A stretch of 64,000 nt of DNA. Source: an uncultured Spirochaetota bacterium. GTDB taxonomy: Bacteria; Spirochaetota; Spirochaetia; SZUA-6; CAVTHK01. Location of the stretch: contig CAVTHK010000002.1 in NCBI GenBank assembly GCA_963734495.1, forward strand, positions 128,001 through 192,000, read 5' to 3'. Of this stretch, positions 45,737-58,363 are shown in pieces. The position numbers and the translations under genes were made by a program. The notes under the pieces were generated by a model. The model made no database searches and was not told the origin of the DNA. It saw nothing but the letters and a program-made list of their open reading frames with translations. How positions within the stretch are numbered: the first letter of the stretch is position 1; the number at the start of each line of letters is the position of its first letter.

Positions 45737-46612
45737 TTGTTCGAGAGGAAACCGCACGGCCTCGCGGCCCGCCTCGGCGCCCTGCTGGGCATCGGGAAGC
45801 GCGACGAGCAGTTCTTCGAGCAGCTCGAAGACGCGCTGATCGAGGCGGACCTCGGGGCCCAGGCGGCGCTGGAGATCGTGGATCGCCTGAGGAAGGACGG
45901 CGGCGGCGGCCCGCGCGACCTCGCCGGTCGCGTCAAGGAGATGCTGCTCGGCGATCTGCGGGCGATCGCGCCGGCACCCGACGGCCGGGGGCCCGGCCTC
46001 ATGCTCGTGCTCGGCGTCAACGGCGTCGGCAAGACCACCACCGTCGCGAAGCTCGCCGCCTTTTACAGGCGCGCGCACGGCATGCAGGACGTCCTGCTGT
46101 GCGCGGCCGACACCTTCCGCGCCGCCGCCATCGACCAGCTCAGGGTGCTCGGCGAGCGGCTCGAGCTGCGGGTGGTGAGCCAGCAGCCCGGCTCCGATCC
46201 GGGGGCCGTCATCTACGACGCCATCACCAGCGCCCGGGCCCGCTCGACGCCGCTGATCGTGGCCGACACCGCGGGCCGCATGCACAGCAGGGTCGATCTC
46301 GTGCGCGAGCTCGAGAAGATCGACCGGGTCGTTCGCAGCCGGCTGGGCGGGGGCTGGTATCACAAATCGCTCGTCATCGACGCGACCACGGGCCAGAACG
46401 CCCTGCAGCAGGCCGAGGTGTTCCACCAGGCCATCGGCATCGACTCCGTGATCGTCGCCAAGAGCGACTCGACGGCCAAGGGGGGGATCGTCGTGCCCAT
46501 CTCGCGCTCCCTTCACCTTCCTTTCTCCTTCGTGGGGGTCGGGGAACGGCTCGAGGACCTGGTGCCGTTCGACGCCGGGGCCTATCTCGACGCGCTGCTG
46601 GGGCTCGCGTGA
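45737..46612 (+). CDS. ftsY: Signal recognition particle receptor FtsY (short NG-only type)
   Basis: [60 protein letters not shown] with TTG start. Confidence 0.95.
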   Translation: MFERKPHGLAARLGALLGIGKRDEQFFEQLEDALIEADLGAQAALEIVDRLRKDGGGGPRDLAGRVKEMLLGDLRAIAPAPDGRGPGLMLVLGVNGVGKTTTVAKLAAFYRRAHGMQDVLLCAADTFRAAAIDQLRVLGERLELRVVSQQPGSDPGAVIYDAITSARARSTPLIVADTAGRMHSRVDLVRELEKIDRVVRSRLGGGWYHKSLVIDATTGQNALQQAEVFHQAIGIDSVIVAKSDSTAKGGIVVPISRSLHLPFSFVGVGERLEDLVPFDAGAYLDALLGLA

Positions 46613-47640
46613 AAGCCCCCGCCGTCGCATCCCTCTGCTGCCTCCTCGCGCTGGCGGCCGCGACCGGCGGCCGCGCGGATGCCGGGGGGGAGGACTATCT
46701 CTCGAACGCAATCGGGATGCGGCTCGGCCCGGCCACCGACGCGGCCGGGTACGTGCTCCAGGTGCACTCCGCCGATGGCACGGAGGAGGATCGGCTCCTC
46801 GACCAGGGCGCGGAGGTCCGCCGGACGGTCCGCGTGCGCAACGCCGCGGACGGAAGCACGACGGAAACGGTGTACGAGCAGGGCGCCGTCACCGCGACCC
46901 GGTCCTATGACGCCGGCGGGAGGCTCGTCGAAGAGAAGACCGCCGAAGGCGCGAGGCTCTTCCACTACCGCGGCGGCGAGCTGGAGAGCATGGAGGTGTC
47001 GGGCTCGGACGGGAAGCCGCTGTACCGCGAGCGCTACGCCTACACCTCGCGCGGCCGGCTGCGCGAGGCCGAGCGCGCCTACGCCGACGGCAGCCGCTCG
47101 GTCTCCTCCTTCCTGTTCGCCGAGGGCCGCCTGATGTCCGAGCGGCTGGCGGCGGACGAGCGCATCCTCACGGTGCGGTTCGACGGATCGGGGCGGCTGG
47201 CCGCGGAATCGGAGGCGCAGGGCGACACGCTCGTCTGGGAGAGGACGCGCCGCTACGACGCGGCGAGCGGCGCTCTGGCCGAGACCGTCGAACGGCGCAA
47301 GGACTACACCGTGCGCAGGCTCTACGGCGCCGGGGAACGACTCGCGCAGGAGGAGAGGACCGGCTCCGGCGCGTACCGCAGCTCCTACAGCTACGACTCC
47401 GAGGGACGGCAGGTCCGCCTGCGGCGCATCGGGAGCATCGGCACGGAGGAGTGGCAGACCGCGTACGACGACAAGGGCAACGTCGCGCGCGAGACCTACC
47501 TGGTCCGGGGCCTCGTCCAGCGGGTGCGCGTGCACACCGGCGAGCGCGAGTGGTACGACGACCTGTACCATGACGGCAAGCCCGTGCTCCGCGTGACGTA
47601 TCGCAACGACGCGAAAATCGGCGAGGAGCGTCTCGAGTGA
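46609..47640 (+). CDS. Secreted hypothetical protein with YD/RHS-like beta-hairpin repeats
   Basis: Signal peptide; repeats such as SYDAGGRL, AYTSRGRL, RFDGSGRL, RYDAASG, SYDSEGRQ, AYDDKGNV; GTGA overlaps on both sides. Confidence 0.75.
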   Translation: MKAPAVASLCCLLALAAATGGRADAGGEDYLSNAIGMRLGPATDAAGYVLQVHSADGTEEDRLLDQGAEVRRTVRVRNAADGSTTETVYEQGAVTATRSYDAGGRLVEEKTAEGARLFHYRGGELESMEVSGSDGKPLYRERYAYTSRGRLREAERAYADGSRSVSSFLFAEGRLMSERLAADERILTVRFDGSGRLAAESEAQGDTLVWERTRRYDAASGALAETVERRKDYTVRRLYGAGERLAQEERTGSGAYRSSYSYDSEGRQVRLRRIGSIGTEEWQTAYDDKGNVARETYLVRGLVQRVRVHTGEREWYDDLYHDGKPVLRVTYRNDAKIGEERLE

Positions 47641-48908
47641 ACCCCGCGCTCGCGTGGAGGGTAGCCTGGCGCTATTTCCGCTCGCGCGGGCGCATCGGGT
47701 CGCCCTTCTTTTCGGTGGCGGGCATCGCCGCCGGCATCATGACCCTGACCGCCGTTCTCGCGGTGATGAACGGGTTCCAGCTGAGCTTCATCGAGCCGAT
47801 CCTCGAAGTGCGCAGCTACCACCTGCAGGTGCGCGATGCCCCTGCCGGGGCGGCCCGCACCCTGCGCGGCCTGCCGGATGTCGTCGCGGTGAGCCCTTTT
47901 GTAGACATCCAGGCGATCGCCGGCGGGGACTTCCCGTGCATGCTCCGCGCCGTGGACCCCGACCCCGCCGACGGCGGCTTCGCGGCCGCGTTCGCTTCGG
48001 GATACGACCGGCCCGCGAGCGGCATGGCCGCCGGGACCGTGATCCTCGGCTCGCAGCTCGCCGCGAGGCTCGGCGCAGCGCCCGGCGACACGGTCTCCTT
48101 TTTCGCCTTTGCCGCGGGAGGGAGGTCCGACGTGGTGCCCCGCGAGCTCGATCTCAAGGTCGCGGGCGTGTTCAAGACGGGGTACTACGATCTCGATCTC
48201 AACTGGGCCTTCACGCCTCTCGCGACCGCGGACCTGATATCCGACACGCGCGGCGGGTCCCCTGCGCTGGGCCTGAAGATCCGGCGGCCCGCCCGCGAAG
48301 CCGCGGTCGGCCGCGAGATCGAAAGGGCCCTCGGGCCGGGCGTCAAGGTGTCGGGCTGGCGCGAGGTCAACCGGCTCTTCTTTACCGCGCTCAAGACCGA
48401 GAAGGCGATGATGATCCTTCTCGTCGGGCTGGTCTTCGTGGTGGTCGCGGTCAACATCTTCCACTCGCTGCGGCGGGCGGTTCACGAGCGCGAAGAGGAG
48501 ATCGCAACGATGCGGGCCGTCGGGGCGACCGGCAAGAGCATGCGGGCGGTCTTCGTGATCGAGGGGCTGCTCATCGGCGCGGCGGGCGCCCTGATCGGCA
48601 ACATCCTCGGGCTCCTGGTCTCCTACAACGTCAACGAGCTGTTCCGGGCTGCGGAGTTCCTGGTGAACCAGGTCGCGGTGCCGGTGGCCGAAGCGGTGGC
48701 GCGGCCCCTGTTCCCGGGCCTCGCGCCCGCCGAGCTTGCAATCTTCTCGCCGCGGGTCTTCTACATCGACCAGGTCCCCGCGCGCGTGCTTCCCGCGGAG
48801 GCCCTGCTCGGCAGCAGCCTGGCGATCGCGTGCGCGCTCGTCGCGGCGCTGGGCGCGTCGCGCAGCGTGGCCGAGGTCCAGCCTCAAGAGGTCCTGAGGA
48901 GAGTCTGA
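47637..48908 (+). CDS. LolC/LolE-family ABC transporter permease
   Basis: VAWRYF, VLAVMNGF, EIATMRAVGA, FVIEG; MacB-type periplasmic domain with FtsX-type TMs. Confidence 0.9.
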   Translation: MNPALAWRVAWRYFRSRGRIGSPFFSVAGIAAGIMTLTAVLAVMNGFQLSFIEPILEVRSYHLQVRDAPAGAARTLRGLPDVVAVSPFVDIQAIAGGDFPCMLRAVDPDPADGGFAAAFASGYDRPASGMAAGTVILGSQLAARLGAAPGDTVSFFAFAAGGRSDVVPRELDLKVAGVFKTGYYDLDLNWAFTPLATADLISDTRGGSPALGLKIRRPAREAAVGREIERALGPGVKVSGWREVNRLFFTALKTEKAMMILLVGLVFVVVAVNIFHSLRRAVHEREEEIATMRAVGATGKSMRAVFVIEGLLIGAAGALIGNILGLLVSYNVNELFRAAEFLVNQVAVPVAEAVARPLFPGLAPAELAIFSPRVFYIDQVPARVLPAEALLGSSLAIACALVAALGASRSVAEVQPQEVLRRV

Positions 48909-49582
48909 TGGCGCTGCTCTCGCTGCGGTCGCTGGCCAAGAGCTTCACCAGCGGAAACGAAGAGGTCAGGGTGCTCACCGGCGTCGACCTGGAGGTCGAG
49001 CAGGGCACGTCCGTCGTCATCACGGGAGAAAGCGGGAGCGGCAAGACCACGCTCCTCAACCTCGTGGCGGGCCTCGACGCGCCGACGGGCGGGCGGGTCC
49101 TCGTCGACGGCGTCGAGATCACGTCTCTCGACGAGACCGCCCTCGCGGCCTTTCGAGGCCGCACGCTGGGCTTCATTTTTCAATTCCATTACCTGCTCCG
49201 CGATTTCACCGCGCTCGAGAACGTCCTGATGCCTGCCTGGATCTCGGGCCTGCCCCGGGCGGCGGCGCTGGCAAAGGCGCAAGCGCTCCTCGCCGACGTC
49301 GGCCTCGGGGGCAAGCTCCACCAGTACCCGTCGGAGCTGTCGGGCGGCGAGCGGCAGCGGGTGGCCGTGGCCCGCGCTCTCGTCAACGACCCGCGGCTGG
49401 TCGTCGCGGACGAGCCGACGGGAAACCTGGACGAGCGCAACTCGGCGACGGTGCGCGACCTCCTCTTCGACCTCGTGCGCCGCTACGGCAAGACGCTGCT
49501 CGCGGCGACGCACGACCTGCGCCTGGCGGAGCGGGGCGATCGTACGCTGCGCCTCGCGCACGGAGTGCTGGGCGCCGCATGA
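48908..49582 (+). CDS. lolD: Lipoprotein-releasing ABC transporter ATPase
   Basis: [35 protein letters not shown]. Confidence 0.9.
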   Translation: MALLSLRSLAKSFTSGNEEVRVLTGVDLEVEQGTSVVITGESGSGKTTLLNLVAGLDAPTGGRVLVDGVEITSLDETALAAFRGRTLGFIFQFHYLLRDFTALENVLMPAWISGLPRAAALAKAQALLADVGLGGKLHQYPSELSGGERQRVAVARALVNDPRLVVADEPTGNLDERNSATVRDLLFDLVRRYGKTLLAATHDLRLAERGDRTLRLAHGVLGAA

Positions 49583-50889
49583 AGCCCGCCCACGCGCCGC
49601 TCGCGGGAGTTCTGGCGTGGCGCGCCCTCGTGCCGCGGAGGAGCGGCCGCGGGCTCGCGGGCGCCGTCGTCGGCATGGGGCTGAGCCTCGTGCCTCTGCT
49701 CCTGGTGCTCGTCGTCTCCAACGGCATGATCGAGGGCATCACGCGCCGCCTCATCGAAGCGGGCACCTACCACCTGCAGGTGGCGCTGCCCGCCACGCTG
49801 CCGGATGAGGACGTGGCGGGGCTCGTCGAGCGTATTCGCCGCGTGCCGCTCGTTCGGCTCGCCTTCGCGGAGACCGACGGGCTCGGGCTGGTCTACTCGC
49901 CCAAGGGGCGCCTCGGCCTCCAGATCCGCGCGGTCCCCCGCGGCCTCTACGAATCGGACGCGGGACTGCGGGCGACGCTGCGCGTCGACGCGGGGAGCTT
50001 CGACCTGGCGCCGGGGACGGTGGTGCTCAGCCGTTCGGTGGCGGAGGAGCTCGGCGTCGGCGTGGGCGACGAGGTCAGGCTGCTCACGGCCCGGCCGATC
50101 CGCGGCCGCTTTCTCCCGCGAATCACGCGGTTCACCGTGGGCGGCCTGTTCAGCTCCGGCTACCAGGAGCTGGATCGCGGCTGGATCTACGTCAGCCGGG
50201 AGGACGGGCGGCGGATCCTCCCCGCGGACGCGGGCCGGCTCGTTCTGGCGGTCAAGGTCAGCGACCTGGCCCGCCTCGACGAGGTCTCCCGCGCGATCGA
50301 GCGCATCGTCGCGGACGAGGGGCTGCCGGCGCGCGTGGCCGGATGGTACGAGCTCGAGGAGAACCAGTACCGCTCCTTCCAGACGACGCGGGCGCTGCTC
50401 GTGTTCATCATGGCGCTCATCGTCGTGGTCGCCGCGGTCAACGTCTCCTCCGCGATGGCGATGATCGTGCTCGAGAAGCGGCCGGAGATCGCGATCCTCA
50501 AGAGCATGGGCGCGCGGCCGGGAATGGTGGCCGGGTCGTTCCTCGCGGCCGGGTTCCTCGCCGGCGTGCTCGGGGCGCTCGCGGGCGTGCCGCTCGGGCT
50601 GCTCGTGGCGGTCAACGTGAACGCGATCGTGCGGGGCCTCGAGAGCGCGTTCAACCTGGCGCTCGCCGCCGCGCACGCGGTCGGCGCCCTCTTCGGCGCC
50701 CCGGGCGCCTACCAGCCGTTCCTGCTGATGAACCCCGCCTTCTACCTCGAGTCGATCCCGGTGCGCATCAATTTCCTGGAGACCGCGGCGTCCGGCGCCC
50801 TGGCCGTCCTCGTGTCGACGCTCGCGTCGTACGTGCCTGCCCGCCGAGCAGCGGCCATCCGGCCGCTCGACGTTTTGCGCCGCAGTTGA
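49579..50889 (+). CDS. Second LolC/LolE-family permease
   Basis: LVVSNGM, VAAVNVSS, EIAILKSMGA, YVPARRAA. Confidence 0.9.
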   Translation: MKPAHAPLAGVLAWRALVPRRSGRGLAGAVVGMGLSLVPLLLVLVVSNGMIEGITRRLIEAGTYHLQVALPATLPDEDVAGLVERIRRVPLVRLAFAETDGLGLVYSPKGRLGLQIRAVPRGLYESDAGLRATLRVDAGSFDLAPGTVVLSRSVAEELGVGVGDEVRLLTARPIRGRFLPRITRFTVGGLFSSGYQELDRGWIYVSREDGRRILPADAGRLVLAVKVSDLARLDEVSRAIERIVADEGLPARVAGWYELEENQYRSFQTTRALLVFIMALIVVVAAVNVSSAMAMIVLEKRPEIAILKSMGARPGMVAGSFLAAGFLAGVLGALAGVPLGLLVAVNVNAIVRGLESAFNLALAAAHAVGALFGAPGAYQPFLLMNPAFYLESIPVRINFLETAASGALAVLVSTLASYVPARRAAAIRPLDVLRRS

Positions 50890-50937
50890 GGGCCCCGGAT
50901 CGCTCCGCCGGATGGCTTGCGGTTTTCCCGTCTTTTC

Positions 50938-50966
50938 TTGACAACACCGGGGGCAGAAGGTACCCT
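50938..50966 (+). promoter_or_regulatory. Sigma70 promoter for mcsA-mcsB-clpC
   Basis: TTGACA-17 nt-TACCCT; GGGAGG RBS downstream. Confidence 0.7.
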
Positions 50967-50984
50967 TTAGGCGGGAGGGTCCCT

Positions 50985-51476
50985 TTGCTCTGCGATATCT
51001 GCGGCACGGAAGAGGCCAGCATCAATATCAGACAGGTCACGGAAGGGGAGTCCGTCGAGCTCGCTCTGTGCGCCAAGTGCGCGGCGGTGAGAGGGATCAG
51101 CGCGGGCGAGGGACCGGCCTTCTCCGTGTCGGATCTCCTTACGGGACTGATCGATGTCAAGAAGCGCGTCCCCGCGAAGAGGAGGGTCTGTCCGCGGTGC
51201 GGGCAGACGCTGGAGAACCTCAAGAAGCGGTCCCGCGTCGGCTGCACGGAATGCTACGCGGTCTTCGGCAAGGAGATCCGAGGCGTCCTCGGCAGCCTCC
51301 ACGGGAAGGCGCAGCACAGGGGCAAGCTGCCGCGCCGCCTCGCGGCGTACAAGACGCTCCTGATCGACGTGGAGTCTCTCAAGCGGCGGCTCAAGACTGC
51401 GGTGCGGGCGGAGAACTACGAGGAGGCGGCCCGCATCCGTGACCGGATCGCCGAGCTCAAGGGGAAAGATGACTGA
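50985..51476 (+). CDS. mcsA: Protein-arginine kinase activator McsA
   Basis: TTG start; four CxxC motifs (CDIC, CAKC, CPRC, CTEC), HRGKLP, UVR motif ENYEEAARIRD. Confidence 0.9.
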   Translation: MLCDICGTEEASINIRQVTEGESVELALCAKCAAVRGISAGEGPAFSVSDLLTGLIDVKKRVPAKRRVCPRCGQTLENLKKRSRVGCTECYAVFGKEIRGVLGSLHGKAQHRGKLPRRLAAYKTLLIDVESLKRRLKTAVRAENYEEAARIRDRIAELKGKDD

Positions 51477-52532
51477 CGCGCTCGCACGGCCATGGTTCAC
51501 GCGCATCGGGGAGGAGGGCGACGTCGTCGTCTCGAGCCGCGTCCGCATCGCGCGCAATCTGTCCGAGCACCGCTTCCCGGGGTTCATGAGCGGTGAGGAA
51601 GAGCTCGAAGTGCAGCGCGCGATCGTCGAGGCCTTCCGCAGATTGCCCGCCGCAGGCGATTTCGCGATATTATTCCTCGACGATTTGAAGCCGCTGGACC
51701 GGCGGGTCCTCCTGGAGCGCAACATCATCACTCAGGAGTTCTCGCTGGCGCGCGGAAAGGCCATCGCCGTGGGGCGGGATTCCTGCGTGACGGCGATGAT
51801 CAACGAGGAGGACCATCTCCGGATCTCGTGCATCCGCGAAGGGTTGGCGCTCGGGGAGGCGTTCGGCGAGGTGGACAAGCTGGACAGTCTGCTCGAAGAG
51901 AGCCTGAGCTACGCGATCTCCATGGAGTGGGGGTACCTGAACCCGAGCCTGGAGAATGTGGGGACGGGGATGAGAGCCTCGCTCATGCTGCACCTTCCGG
52001 CGCTGGTCATGACCGGCCTGATCGACAAGGCGATGAAGGCCATCAACGAAGTCGGGCTGGCCGTCAAGGGCTTCTTCAGCGACGGCGAAGCGTCGCTCGG
52101 CGACATGTACCAGATCGCGAACCACGCGACACTCGGCCTCGGCGAGAAGGAGATCGTCGACAACCTGGTGAGCATCGTGACGCCGCTGGTGCAGTACGAG
52201 CGGAAGGCCAGGGCGGAGTTGCGGGAGAGGCAGCGGGTGGACCTGGAGGACCGGGTGTGCCGTGCGCTGGGGATCCTGTCGCACTGCCGCTCGATATCCT
52301 CCCGCGAGGCGATGGATCACCTTTCGAGCCTGCGGCTGGGGGCCAGCCTGGGGCTGACCGAGGGTCTGTCGCTGGAAACGGTGACCGCGCTGTTCTTTCT
52401 TTCGCAGAAGCATCACGTGCAGCAGCTGCTCGAGGACGGCGAGGAGGCGAGCAGCTCAAAGGCGATCGACTACGCGAGGGCCAAGGCCATACGCGAGGCG
52501 ATCGCGAGCCGGGAAGTTCCGGGAGGCTTTGG

Positions 52533-52548
<16 letters not shown>
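51469..52548 (+). CDS. mcsB: Protein-arginine kinase McsB
   Basis: SSRVRIARN, MINEEDHLRI, NVGTGMRASLMLHLPAL, YQIAN..TLG. Confidence 0.93.
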
Positions 52549-55042
<2,494 letters not shown>

Positions 55043-55077
55043 TCGCCGAGAGCCACGCTTGCCGTGTCCGGCGCGGG

Positions 55078-56266
55078 CTATGCCGGGTCGGGCACGGTCG
55101 CCTTGAAGAGCAGTCCTTCGCCCTCGAGGGCGTAGGCCGGCACGCATGCCGGCACGACGAACGATTCGCCGGCGCGCAGTGAGAGCGCGTCGGCGCCGGC
55201 ATCGACGCGACAAGCGCCCTCGGTCAGCACCCAGACCTCGATCGCCGTCCTCCGCCCGGGGCTCCAGCGGCCCCGCAGCTCGAGGCGGCTGAGCCGGAAC
55301 TCCGCCGCCGGCGTCGCGTACACCTGCTCCGTTCCGTCGCCGGGCGCGGGGGCGACCAGGCGCGGCGGCGCGGGCCGGAAATCGACGACCCTCAGGAGCT
55401 CGTCGCGGTCGACGCGCTTGCGCGTGAGCCCGCCCCGGAGCACGTTGTCGGAGTTGGCCATCAGCTCGATGCCGACGCCTTGCAGGTACGCGTGGAGGAT
55501 GCCCGCCTCCTGGTAGAGCGCCTGCCCCGGCGCGAGCTCGACCAGGTTCAGCAGCAGGACGTTGATCGCGCCGAAGTCGCCCGGATACGCCTCGAGCGCT
55601 CGCGTCACCCAGCGCGCCTCAGGGAGGTCGTCTTGCCGTTCACGCGCCGCCGCGGCCAGCTTCGACACGATCCTGTCCTTTTCCGGCTGCGGCAGCGCGA
55701 GCAGCGCGCCGTAGGCGCGGGCGAGGGCCCGCGCGTCGCGCGGAGGCGGCGCGCCCACCGTCTCGGCCGCCGTCAGCCCGAAGGCCGCCAGCAGGCCCGC
55801 GGCTTCGCCGGGATCGCGGAAGCCCGAGAGGGCATGGAAGCACGTGAGCGCGCAGATGACTTCGGGCTTGTGATTGTCATCGACGAAGCTGCGCTCGCCG
55901 GGCGGGACGTGCCTCGCGTTCTCGGCGGCGAAGCCGCGCCGCGCCTGCTCCAGGCTGGGGTGGGCCTGGATCGAGAGCGGCTCGGCCGCAGCGAGGATTT
56001 TGAAAAGGAAGGGAAGCGCGCCGCGAAAACGCCGCGACACCGCCGGCCCGAGCATGGCCTCGGGCTCCCTCCGCGATGAGCTCGGCCAGCGAGCGCTCGC
56101 CTTGAGGCGAAAGCACCGCCGACGGCGCCTTGGGGTGCGCCCCCATCCAGAGCTCGGCCTCCGGCCGCTCCGAAGGCGTCGGCCGCCCGAGCATGGCGGA
56201 CAGCGCCGTGCGCGAGCCCCACTCGTACTCCTGGATGGTGTTGCGCAGCTTTGCGATGCCGGTCAC
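55078..56266 (-). CDS. manA: Mannose-6-phosphate isomerase, class I; frameshift near 56065
   Basis: QEYEWGS, AELWMGAHP, LPFLFKIL...LSIQAHP, DDNHKPE, HAYLQG, ELMANSDNVLRGGLT. Confidence 0.93.
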
Positions 56267-56295
56267 TCGCGCCGCCTGAAGGCCCCGCCGTCGCC

Positions 56296-57441
56296 TTACC
56301 GTTTGCTCGAGATCACGCCGCGGTACTTCTCCGCGTCGGCGCGGAACGCGACGATGCGGCCGGGCCCTTCGGCCCGCGCCTTTTCCAGCGCGCGCTCCGC
56401 CTCGGTCAGAAGCGTCTTGCCGCTCACGAGGCGGCCGTTGCGCGAGCTCAGGCCCGAGCACAGCGACACGCCCGCGGGCAGGCCGCGGCGGAATCGCTGG
56501 ACGCTCTCGATCCCGCCGTCGATGTCCTGGTCCGGCAGCAGCAGCGCGAAGCTTCCGGGACCGTGCTCGAACGTCAGGTCCTGGAACCGGAACGCCCTGC
56601 GGACGGCGGCAGCCGCCTCGGCGTAGACGTCGCGCGGGCCCGACGGGTCGAAATCGTCGAGAGCCATGACCACCAGCACGAGATCCTGGTCGAAGGACGC
56701 GGCCCGCTCGAGCTCGAACTTGAGCCGCTGATCGAGGTGCTCTTTCCAGCCGAGGCCCGTCGTCGGCGAGAAGAGCTCGGGCGTCCCGTCGCTCCCGCCC
56801 GCGCCTTCGGGCTCCGGGGAGCGCGAAGGCGCAGCCGCGCGCTCGTCGGACCGCGCCGGCCGCGCGGCTCCCCCGGGAGACGCGGCGAAGCTTGGCGCGA
56901 TCAGAAGGACGATGCAGGTCAGCACGAAGAAGCAGAAGAGGATGACGAAGGTCTCCTTGAGGATCGGGAACGCGTCCTGGCGTCCCACGACCACGTAGAG
57001 CCCGTCGATGGAGAGGTCGGTCCCGTAGCCCGGGGCGTAGGGCAGCCGGTACAGTCGGGTGCCCCACGGGAGCTCGGCGTACGACGGGCTGCCGGTCCAT
57101 GCGGCGGTGCCCGGATCGGGCATCAGCGCGCGGTCGCGGAGGAACGCGTAGCGCACGCCGTCCTTGCGCGAGTAGACGACCGCGGCGAGCAGCCGGGGCC
57201 TCTTGCCGACCTCGGCCCTCATCGCTGTCCGGAACTCCGGAGCGCCGAAGTCGCCGGCCGCGAGGTAACGCGAGGCGGACGCTCTCGCCAGATCGTCGAA
57301 ATCCGACCTGGTTTCGGTCGCGTTGGCGCCCCATGTCATGGACACCCTGAAGGCCAGGAAGCCCGCCAGAGCGAGAAAGAAGAAGATGCAGAACACGAGA
57401 TGGGCGTTTATAATCTTTGACGAGGTTCGCCTCGCGTCCAT
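56296..57441 (-). CDS. Membrane protein with a degenerate GGDEF domain
   Basis: Two TMs flanking a periplasmic region; SPTTGL...ELERA...LDDF...FRFQDLTFEHGPGSFALLLP...SGLSS...EAERALEKA...G.GR. Confidence 0.82.
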   Translation of the reverse strand: MDARRTSSKIINAHLVFCIFFFLALAGFLAFRVSMTWGANATETRSDFDDLARASASRYLAAGDFGAPEFRTAMRAEVGKRPRLLAAVVYSRKDGVRYAFLRDRALMPDPGTAAWTGSPSYAELPWGTRLYRLPYAPGYGTDLSIDGLYVVVGRQDAFPILKETFVILFCFFVLTCIVLLIAPSFAASPGGAARPARSDERAAAPSRSPEPEGAGGSDGTPELFSPTTGLGWKEHLDQRLKFELERAASFDQDLVLVVMALDDFDPSGPRDVYAEAAAAVRRAFRFQDLTFEHGPGSFALLLPDQDIDGGIESVQRFRRGLPAGVSLCSGLSSRNGRLVSGKTLLTEAERALEKARAEGPGRIVAFRADAEKYRGVISSKR

Positions 57442-57486
57442 ATGCGCCTATTATAGGCATGCGCGAGGATTTTAGAAGCCCCGGTC

Positions 57487-58317
57487 ATGAAGATTCGCAG
57501 GCGTTGTCTGCCCCACGGCTGGTACCCTTCGTCGCCCGACGCGATCCGCGAGCGTCTCCGCGGCTTTCTCGCTGAGCGCCCTCCGGCCGAGCCGCGCGCG
57601 GCGGCGGTCGTCGCGCCTCACGCGGGGTGGGAGTTCTCCGGCGCGCTCGCCGCGTCGGCGGCCGCGAGCCTGCGCCGCGACGCCGGCTGCGTCGTGGTCG
57701 TGGGCGGCCATCTCGGAGTGCGCGACGCGGTCCGCGCCGCATTCGAGGACGCCTTCGAGACGCCGCTCGGGGCCGTCGGCGCCGACGTCGAGCTGCTGGA
57801 AGCGGTCCGGCAGCGGATCGACGTGGTCGAGGATCGCGCGGCGGACAACACGGTTGAAGTGCAGCTGCCGCTCCTCGCGGCGCTCTTCCCCGCCGCCAGG
57901 GTCGTCGCCTTCCGCGCGCCGCCCTCGGGTCGCGCGCGCGAGCTCGGCTTGGCGGTCCGTGACGCGGCCGTCGCCCTCGGGCGCGACGTGGTCGTCCTCG
58001 GCTCGACCGACCTGACGCACTACGGCCCCTCCTACGATTTCGCGCCGCGCGGCGCGGGCGATGCGGCGGCGCGCTGGGTGACGGACGTCAACGACCGCCG
58101 CTTCATCGAAGCGCTGCTCGCGCTCGACGGCGACGAGGCGATCCGCCGCGCGCTCGGAGAGCGTTCGGCCTGCTCCCCGGGCGCGGCCGCCGCGGCCGTC
58201 GCGTTCGCGCGGGCTTCCGGCGCGACCGCCGCCCGGCTGCTGCACTACGGCACCAGCCTGGACGTGATGGAAGCGCCTTCCTTTGTCGGCTACGCCGCCG
58301 TGCTGTTCGGCGCCTGA
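57487..58317 (+). CDS. MEMO1-family protein (AmmeMemoRadiSam protein B-like)
   Basis: GWYP, APHAGW.FSG, ETPLG, DNTVEVQLP, STDLTHYG, SACS, SFVGYA. Confidence 0.88.
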   Translation: MKIRRRCLPHGWYPSSPDAIRERLRGFLAERPPAEPRAAAVVAPHAGWEFSGALAASAAASLRRDAGCVVVVGGHLGVRDAVRAAFEDAFETPLGAVGADVELLEAVRQRIDVVEDRAADNTVEVQLPLLAALFPAARVVAFRAPPSGRARELGLAVRDAAVALGRDVVVLGSTDLTHYGPSYDFAPRGAGDAAARWVTDVNDRRFIEALLALDGDEAIRRALGERSACSPGAAAAAVAFARASGATAARLLHYGTSLDVMEAPSFVGYAAVLFGA

Positions 58318-58363
58318 CGGTTGCTTGCGGGCGCCTTTCCGCGTTAGGCTCCTTCATCGTCCC

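Noticed and set aside
46609-47640. RHS/YD polymorphic toxin
   Set aside because: Only 343 aa, no DPxG core motif, no toxin tip or immunity gene; embedded in a housekeeping operon.
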